A stretch of 52,583 nucleotides of DNA from positions 1-52,583 of the forward strand of contig JBMUBK010000001.1 in assembly GCA_049457355.1 (NCBI GenBank). Direction: 5' to 3'. The DNA is from Aquiluna sp. GTDB lineage: Bacteria > Actinomycetota > Actinomycetes > Actinomycetales > Microbacteriaceae. How positions within the stretch are numbered: position 1 is the first letter of the stretch; the number at the start of each line of letters is the position of its first letter. The notes beneath the pieces were generated by a model. It had not been told where the DNA came from, searched no databases, and worked only from the letters and a program-made list of their open reading frames with translations. The translations under genes and the position numbers were made by a program. This document shows positions 46,332 through 52,583 of this stretch, piece by piece.

Positions 46332-47759
46332 TTACTTACCTGCCTTCAGGTAGCTAAGGAGGCCCTGGCGGCCACCCTCACGGCCATAGCCTGATTCTTT
46401 GAAGCCACCAAATGGGCTGGTGGGGTCAAACTGGTTGAAGGTATTGCTCCAGATCACGCCCGCATTGAGCTGGTCGGCTAGCTTGAGCATCTTCGAACCC
46501 TTCTCCGTCCAAATCCCAGCGGAGAGGCCGTATTCGGTGTTGTTGGCCTTGGTCACGGCCTCCGCAGGTGTGCGGAAGGTTATGACGCTGAGAACAGGCC
46601 CAAAGATTTCCTCTCTGGCAACCGTGTTTGCCGGGCTTACGTTGTCGACAATCGCAGGGGCAAACCAGAAGCCGTTTCTGGGTATCTTGCACTCGGGCTG
46701 CCAGAGCTCGCCACCCTCGCTTACGCCCTTCTTAACGAGCTTCTTGATCTTGGCGAGCTGGTCGGCAGAGTTGATTGCACCAACGTCTGTGTTCTTGTCC
46801 ATCGGGTCGCCGAGTCGGAGAGTGCTCATCCTGCGCTTCAGCTTCTTGATGAACTCGTCGTGGACGGACTCCTGAATCAGCAGCCTTGATCCTGCGCAGC
46901 AGACATGTCCCTGGTTAAAGAAGATGCCATTAATGACGCCCTCGATTGCCTGATCGATAGGCGCATCGTCGAAGACGATGTTGGCTGCCTTGCCACCTAG
47001 TTCGAGCGTGACCTTCTTGTTGCTGCCGGCAACCTGCTTGGCAATGATCTTGCCCACCTCGGTTGAGCCAGTGAAGGCAACTTTATTCACGTCTTTGTGG
47101 CCAACCAGGGCAGCCCCGGTGTCGCCGAAACCGGTGACGATGTTAACTACACCCTCGGGAAGTTCTGCCTGCTGGCAGATCTCGGCAAAGAGCAGTGCGG
47201 AAAGTGGTGTGGTCTCCGAGGGCTTGAGGACAATCGTGTTGCCGGCCGCGAGTGCTGGGGCAATCTTCCACGCGAGCATCATAAGCGGGAAGTTCCAGGG
47301 CACTACCTGTGCCGCAACGCCTAAGGCTTGGGGATTTGGGCCTAGTCCTGCGTGGTCAAGCTTGTCGGCCCATCCTGCGTAGTAGAAGAACCATGACACT
47401 GCGGTTGGAACATCGAAGTCGCGGGTTTCCTTGATTGGCTTTCCGTTGTTCAGAGTCTCTGCAACAGCCAGCTCCCTGGCTCGCTCCTGCATGATTCTTG
47501 CGATTCTGTATAGATACTTTCCTCGCTCTGCTCCTGAGAGCTTGCTCCAGACCTTTTCGTATGCGGCTCTTGCCGACTTAACCGCTAGATCAACATCCTT
47601 TGCCGTTCCGTGAGAGATCTCCGCAAGCACCTCTTCGGTTGCAGGGTTGATTGTTGGGTAGAGGTTTGCTGGCTTGGTGAACTTGCCATTAATGAAGTGG
47701 CCATAGCTTTTTTCAAAGCTGGCCAGCTTCGCCTCTGGTGCGGGTGCGTAGTCGAACAT
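46332..47759 (-). CDS. Aldehyde dehydrogenase
   Basis: PWNFP, FTGSTEVG, LELGGK, catalytic VCCAG and EEIFGP motifs. Confidence 0.96.
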   Translation of the reverse strand: MFDYAPAPEAKLASFEKSYGHFINGKFTKPANLYPTINPATEEVLAEISHGTAKDVDLAVKSARAAYEKVWSKLSGAERGKYLYRIARIMQERARELAVAETLNNGKPIKETRDFDVPTAVSWFFYYAGWADKLDHAGLGPNPQALGVAAQVVPWNFPLMMLAWKIAPALAAGNTIVLKPSETTPLSALLFAEICQQAELPEGVVNIVTGFGDTGAALVGHKDVNKVAFTGSTEVGKIIAKQVAGSNKKVTLELGGKAANIVFDDAPIDQAIEGVINGIFFNQGHVCCAGSRLLIQESVHDEFIKKLKRRMSTLRLGDPMDKNTDVGAINSADQLAKIKKLVKKGVSEGGELWQPECKIPRNGFWFAPAIVDNVSPANTVAREEIFGPVLSVITFRTPAEAVTKANNTEYGLSAGIWTEKGSKMLKLADQLNAGVIWSNTFNQFDPTSPFGGFKESGYGREGGRQGLLSYLKAGK

Positions 47760-47767
47760 TTTCTCTC

Positions 47768-48724
47768 CTAGTCCACGCTTACGTAGTCAGGACCCAAGTA
47801 GGTCTTTGTCAAAAGCTTCTTTCGCTGCATCAGGACATCGTTGAGGAGGCTGGAGGCACCAAAGCGGAACAGCTCGGGCGTGAGCCAGCGCTCTCCTGCG
47901 GTTTCTTTCACAACTACCAGGTACCTAAGGGCATCCTTGGCGGTCCTGATGCCGCCGGCCGGCTTCACACCAATCAGGTCTCCAGTTTGGTCAAACCAGT
48001 CTCTTACCGCCTCCAGCATCAAAAGTGTTGTTGGCAGTGTTGCATTCACCGAGACCTTGCCGGTGGAGGTCTTAATGAAATCTGCTCCTGCCAGCATGGC
48101 TAGGTAGCTTGCGCGCCTGATGTTGTCATAGGTCTGAAGCTCACCAGTCTCCAAGATCACCTTGAGGTGAGCAGGCTTGCCTTTGGGCCTCTGGCAAGCA
48201 ATTTTGATGGCCTGAATCTGCTTGAAGACCTCCAGGTAGTTACCGCTCAAGAAGGCACCGCGGTCAATAACCATGTCAATCTCATCGGCACCATATGCGA
48301 CAGCATCTTTGGTGTCCTGAAGCTTCACCTTCATACTGGCCCGACCCGAGGGGAAGGCGGTGGCCACAGCGGCAACATAAATCTTGCTCTTTCCGAGTGC
48401 TGCCTTCGCATGAGGGACCATGTCTCCATAGACGCAGATTGCGGCTGGAGTTGGGCACTCTGGGTCGTCCATGTCAGGTGTCATTGCCTTTTGGCAAAGG
48501 CTTCTCACTCGCTGGGGAGTGTCCATGCCCTCGAGGGTTGTTAGGTCCATCATCTTGATGGCCATATCCAAACCCCAGGCCTTAGATGTGGTCTTGATTG
48601 ACCTTGTCGCCAGGGAAGCTGCCCGAGCCTCAAGTCCCACCTTGTCCACACCGGGAAGCGAGTGCAGCCAACGACTCAAACTCTGGTTCGTGAGTCTCGA
48701 ACCAACTATTTCTTCAGCTTGCAC
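47768..48724 (-). CDS. deoC: Deoxyribose-phosphate aldolase
   Basis: DLTTLEG, DEIDMV, LKVILETG, FIKTSTGK and VKPAGGIR motifs. Confidence 0.96.
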   Translation of the reverse strand: MQAEEIVGSRLTNQSLSRWLHSLPGVDKVGLEARAASLATRSIKTTSKAWGLDMAIKMMDLTTLEGMDTPQRVRSLCQKAMTPDMDDPECPTPAAICVYGDMVPHAKAALGKSKIYVAAVATAFPSGRASMKVKLQDTKDAVAYGADEIDMVIDRGAFLSGNYLEVFKQIQAIKIACQRPKGKPAHLKVILETGELQTYDNIRRASYLAMLAGADFIKTSTGKVSVNATLPTTLLMLEAVRDWFDQTGDLIGVKPAGGIRTAKDALRYLVVVKETAGERWLTPELFRFGASSLLNDVLMQRKKLLTKTYLGPDYVSVD

Positions 48725-48754
48725 AGATACTCCTAGGACTGAAAAAGCCTACCC

Positions 48755-49600
48755 CTAGGGCAGAAACTTGACACCGGTGAGCTCTTCACTTATTTCCCAG
48801 AGCCGCTTCATCAGCTCAAGGTCGTTGGAGCGCTTTGACCCTTTGATTAGGGCTGGGCTGCCCCAGGCTTCCCATTTGGGACCAACGAACTCCCCGCCTT
48901 CAAAGCTCGCATCGGTCGCGGCCTTGATCTGGCTGCGCGCTCCGGTTTGAGCGCTCTGGGCCAGAAAGTCGAAGCGGTTTGGGTAGTTAATCTGCAATCC
49001 GGTCAGTGCCCAGCCGGGGTGGGCAGCTATTGACTTCACCTTTGAACCAAGCTGCTTGGCCCTGAGGTCTAGCTCCCTAGCGAACAGCAGACAAGCAAGC
49101 TTGGTATCGGCATAGCGCTGCCACCTGTCATAGGAATCTCTCTTGGACCCGCGAATCTCCTCCAGGGAGTCGGCCTTGATTCTTCCTCTGCGGTGAACTA
49201 CTGAGCTGAGAGATATCACTCTTGGTGCAGCCGACTCCTCGAGCCGCTCCCACAGAAGTGAGGTGAGCAGAAAGTGACCGATGTGGTTAGTTGCCATCTG
49301 GGACTCAATACCCTCGATTGAGAGTGCGAAGTCGGGACCCATGAGCCCTGCATTGTTCATCAGGACATCCACGGGATGGTCAATCTCTTTGGCAAACTCT
49401 CTGACCTGGTCAAGGTTTGAGACATCCAACACTCGCTCTTCGATTCTGGCGTCGGGGTATTTCATTCGGAGCTGCTCGGCAGCCTCCAAGAGGCGCTTCT
49501 CGCCTCTGGCTAAGAGCGTGATGTTGTGACCTGACTCGGCAAAGGCTTCGGCGCTCGCCAGTCCAAGGCCGGAGCTTCCGCCGGTGATGATTATGTTCAA
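48755..49600 (-). CDS. SDR oxidoreductase (retinol dehydrogenase/WWOX-like subgroup)
   Basis: TGGSSGLG, NNAG, TNHIGHFLLT, YADTK, AAHPG and LWEISEELTG motifs. Confidence 0.92.
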   Translation of the reverse strand: MNIIITGGSSGLGLASAEAFAESGHNITLLARGEKRLLEAAEQLRMKYPDARIEERVLDVSNLDQVREFAKEIDHPVDVLMNNAGLMGPDFALSIEGIESQMATNHIGHFLLTSLLWERLEESAAPRVISLSSVVHRRGRIKADSLEEIRGSKRDSYDRWQRYADTKLACLLFARELDLRAKQLGSKVKSIAAHPGWALTGLQINYPNRFDFLAQSAQTGARSQIKAATDASFEGGEFVGPKWEAWGSPALIKGSKRSNDLELMKRLWEISEELTGVKFLP

Positions 49601-50583
49601 ATTCGAAGGAGCCTCTCGGTGTCCCCGAATACTTCCATGGCCCCCGAGGTTGCTTTCGCTTCAAGCACTACCTTGCCCTTGATGCTGTGTCGAACCTCAA
49701 ACACCGCGTCCATGGTCTCCTCGACCCTTTGGTGCATAGCCTCTCTGAGGGGGGCATGCAGTAGGCCACCGCGCTTTCGCTCTGCCTTTATCTCTAGCAG
49801 CCCGTCAGGGCCTTCCACCCGCCAAGTCACGTGGCTGTCATCTAGTGCGAGCTCTAATTCCTTGGAGCGGTTGTAGGTGGTCCAGCTATGAAGTTTGTCC
49901 GAGTGGTGCAGCCCCATTATGAATCCGCGGAAGGGTTTTGAGAGCCAGGGGATTATTGCGGCCGATGCCACAAGCGAAGCATCCTTGTCGCTATCGAGAT
50001 GGTTGGAGTGCAGCCAGATGTAGCCGCTTGGGAAGTTCTTACCCCAGTCTTTTTCGATGTAGCCCTTGGAGCCAGCAAAGCTTTGCTTCTGACCCTCGAC
50101 CTCTAGTTGGCCCTCGATGCTGTGGCCAAAGGAGACGATTCCATGGAAGCACTCCATGAAAGGGACCAATCCATACCAGCCCATGATGCCTGGGCTCGCC
50201 AGGGTCACCGGCCAGGGCTTGAGCTCGCTGGTTATTTCTAACCTGCCCTTGAGCTGCGGTAGATCCAGCGTCGCGCCCTTGGCGCTGAAATGATTTGGCC
50301 CAACGTGGACATCAAAGCTGTCGGCGCTCGCCCTGAACTCTTCAACCGGGTAGACGTGATACCAGCTTCGGCCTGTGGCGCCATCGAGCACCTGAACAAA
50401 AGCCTCGTCGCGACTTTCGCCACCAAGGCCTCTGAAGATTCCAGGAATTACCGCCCAGCGTTGAGACTGGTCTTGCGAGACGAACTTGAAGTACCAACCC
50501 TCGAAGAAGTTCTTGGTTCTTCCCTCGCCGTGAAACCCCTCTGGGTGTTTCACACCGGTGATGTAGCTACTCAAAGAGCGCAT
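49597..50583 (-). CDS. Tocopherol cyclase family protein
   Basis: FFEGWYFK, GIMGWY..VPFMECFH and GYIEKDWGKNFPSGYIW motifs. Confidence 0.85.
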   Translation of the reverse strand: MRSLSSYITGVKHPEGFHGEGRTKNFFEGWYFKFVSQDQSQRWAVIPGIFRGLGGESRDEAFVQVLDGATGRSWYHVYPVEEFRASADSFDVHVGPNHFSAKGATLDLPQLKGRLEITSELKPWPVTLASPGIMGWYGLVPFMECFHGIVSFGHSIEGQLEVEGQKQSFAGSKGYIEKDWGKNFPSGYIWLHSNHLDSDKDASLVASAAIIPWLSKPFRGFIMGLHHSDKLHSWTTYNRSKELELALDDSHVTWRVEGPDGLLEIKAERKRGGLLHAPLREAMHQRVEETMDAVFEVRHSIKGKVVLEAKATSGAMEVFGDTERLLRI

Positions 50584-50639
50584 GGCTGACAGGCTAATAC
50601 GGCGAGTAAACTAAAGCCAGTTTCGATCCGAGGTGATAA

Positions 50640-51848
50640 GTGCAACCAGGCACTCGCCTCACCATACGCCTCGGCATCGCCCAGATAATTGGCTGGGGCT
50701 CATCGTTTTATCTTCCCGCCATTCTTGCGGTTCCAATAGCCCAGTCTTTGGGCATTACAACCGAGCTCTTCTTCTGGGCTTTCACCATCTCACTCCTGGT
50801 CTCTGGACTACTGGGGCCAAGGGTAGGTAAGGCCATTGATCGTTTGGGGGGTAGAAAGGTACTCCCGCTTGGGTCACTGGCGTTTGTGCTTGGTCTGGGT
50901 TTGCTTGCCACCGCCACCGAGCCTGTGCAGCTCTTTATTGCGTGGATCTTCATTGGAGTTGGCGGCTCGATGGGAAACTACGACGCAGCCTTTGCCACGG
51001 CTGTCAACTTCTTTGGCAATAAGTCGAACCGGGTCATTGCCGGAATCACCGTCTTCGCGGGCTTTTCCTCATCAATTTCTTGGCCGCTAACCACCTTGCT
51101 GCTAAACGAGTTTGGTTGGCAGTGGGCAGTTTGGTTTTGGGTAGCAACGCATCTACTGATAGGCCTTCCTCTGAACCTCACCATTCCTCGCTCTGAGCGC
51201 AGGGAGATTCCTGACATGACCGGGCCGATCCGCAAGATGGTGAAAAACAAGTTCCGCTTTGATTCGCTTCTTGTGGTCTTTGCAATCATGTTTGCCCTAG
51301 AGGGCTTCATCGTTAGCTCGGTCAACACCACGCTTCCTTTCATGCTTGGGGAGCTTGGCGCATCGATTGAACTCGCCTTGGTGGCCTCGATAGTGCTCGG
51401 GCCTTCACAGGTCATGGCGAGGGTCCTATTGCTGGCGCTTGGAAAGTGGGCAACGCCGATAAGGGTGGCGGCAATCTCGATAGCGGCTCACCCGCTTGGG
51501 GTGCTGGCTATCTGGCTCTTTGGAACCAACGGCCTTATGGCCTTCGTGATTCTCCACGGCATCGGTGTCGGTTTGAATCCGTTTATTCGGGGCTCACTGC
51601 CGCTTTTGTTCTTTGGGTCTGACCGCTTTGGTCAGCGCCAGGGCTACATCATGATGCTGAGCAAGGTTGTCTCTGCGCTTTCCCCGACGCTTCTAACCCT
51701 CATGCTGCTTGCAAATCCGCAACTCGCAATTGCCGCCACCTTCACCATGGGCGTTGTGGCGACAGGGCTTCTAGTTTGGGTTGCTTTGCTATTCAAAGCG
51801 AGAAATCCGAAGCATCCCGAGACCGGTGAAATAAGAGAGATCAGCTAG
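50640..51848 (+). CDS. MFS transporter
   Basis: About 12 TM segments, with QIIGWGSSFY, IDRLGGR and YDAAFA motifs. Confidence 0.9.
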   Translation: MQPGTRLTIRLGIAQIIGWGSSFYLPAILAVPIAQSLGITTELFFWAFTISLLVSGLLGPRVGKAIDRLGGRKVLPLGSLAFVLGLGLLATATEPVQLFIAWIFIGVGGSMGNYDAAFATAVNFFGNKSNRVIAGITVFAGFSSSISWPLTTLLLNEFGWQWAVWFWVATHLLIGLPLNLTIPRSERREIPDMTGPIRKMVKNKFRFDSLLVVFAIMFALEGFIVSSVNTTLPFMLGELGASIELALVASIVLGPSQVMARVLLLALGKWATPIRVAAISIAAHPLGVLAIWLFGTNGLMAFVILHGIGVGLNPFIRGSLPLLFFGSDRFGQRQGYIMMLSKVVSALSPTLLTLMLLANPQLAIAATFTMGVVATGLLVWVALLFKARNPKHPETGEIREIS

Positions 51849-52444
51849 CGCTCTAAGAGGTCCCCTGGGTCTCCAGATTCAATCCAGCTAATGAGCCCTG
51901 GCCACCGGCCCCAGCCATCATCTAGAGAGAAATGGCCGGCGCCCGGAAGAATGAGCGGCTCTGTCTCAAGGGCTGGTTCGTAAATGCCCACACCTCTTGG
52001 AAGCCAGCGATCGTTATCTCCCGCTATGACTGTCAGCGACTTTGCCCACTTTTTTGCCTGAGGGGCAAGCATGGGGTTGCTAAGGTCCATTGGCTCGCCC
52101 TCGATACCCTCGGCTTCTGATGTCATCTGGGGATCTGGCGGTGCCACGAGTAATACTCGGTCAAAGGGTTCCGTAAAGATGTCTCCCAAGGCTCCGTAGA
52201 GCCAGTTGGTGGTTCCGAGTGAGTGAGCGATGCAGATCTTTTCCTCGCCTGGCACCTCGTCCATCATGTTGCTTTCTTGCCGCAGAAGGTCCTGCCACTC
52301 AAGTGGTTTTGGAGTATCTGGGTCGGGAAACTGCGGGTACCAAACGTGGTGCCCCTGAGTTCGGAGAACGGCGGCACTGAGCCTCATCCAGTGGCCTTCG
52401 GGGCGGCGGTTGGTCCAGCCGTGAAGAAAAAGGATTTTATGCAT
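51845..52444 (-). CDS. RBBP9/YdeN family alpha/beta hydrolase
   Basis: LHGW..HW, AHSLG, LLVAPP, DND and GAGHF motifs. Confidence 0.9.
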   Translation of the reverse strand: MHKILFLHGWTNRRPEGHWMRLSAAVLRTQGHHVWYPQFPDPDTPKPLEWQDLLRQESNMMDEVPGEEKICIAHSLGTTNWLYGALGDIFTEPFDRVLLVAPPDPQMTSEAEGIEGEPMDLSNPMLAPQAKKWAKSLTVIAGDNDRWLPRGVGIYEPALETEPLILPGAGHFSLDDGWGRWPGLISWIESGDPGDLLER

Positions 52445-52458
52445 AGTTATCTAAACAA

Positions 52459-52583
52459 CTAATCCCGGAGCTTCATCCTCAGCGCGTTTGCCACAACAGA
52501 CACAGAGCTGAAAGCCATGGCAACACCAGCGAGCATTGGGTTTAGCAACCCTGCTGCGGCAACTGGAATCAATAGGACGTTGT
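52459..52583 (-). CDS. C-terminus of a heavy-metal P1B-type ATPase (CopA-like), partial
   Basis: Minus-strand translation [40 protein letters not shown], the P1B TM7/TM8 signature. Confidence 0.88.
   Translation of the reverse strand, partial: NVLLIPVAAAGLLNPMLAGVAMAFSSVSVVANALRMKLRD

Overview
A densely packed, streamlined chromosomal segment of an actinobacterium. The actinorhodopsin, the pheA-DAGK-serS-HAD-tRNA-Ser gene order and the tiny intergenic spaces suggest Microbacteriaceae of the Luna cluster (Aquiluna/Rhodoluna-like); this assignment is inference. The window holds about 51 CDS, 3 tRNAs (Ser-TGA, Ser-GCT, Arg-ACG) and a TPP riboswitch. The CDS include purA, pgm, pheA, serS, deoC, psuG/psuK, two sugar ABC systems, a thiamine ABC system, a carotenoid elongase/desaturase pair, a P450, a tocopherol-cyclase-like protein and an orphan DNA methyltransferase. 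No mobile element, prophage or CRISPR array was seen. The most interesting region is the actinorhodopsin locus (40216-43683). It has a compact multi-stem 5' leader RNA with an alternative hairpin beside the RBS, a GTTAC-N6-GTTAC box upstream of the promoter, and an unannotated 37-aa membrane peptide directly behind the rhodopsin terminator. Co-oriented nitroreductase and P450 genes follow, and there is no blh in the window. Window-wide features are pervasive leaderless promoters, stop codons reused as -10 boxes, and convergent genes that overlap on a shared CTAG.
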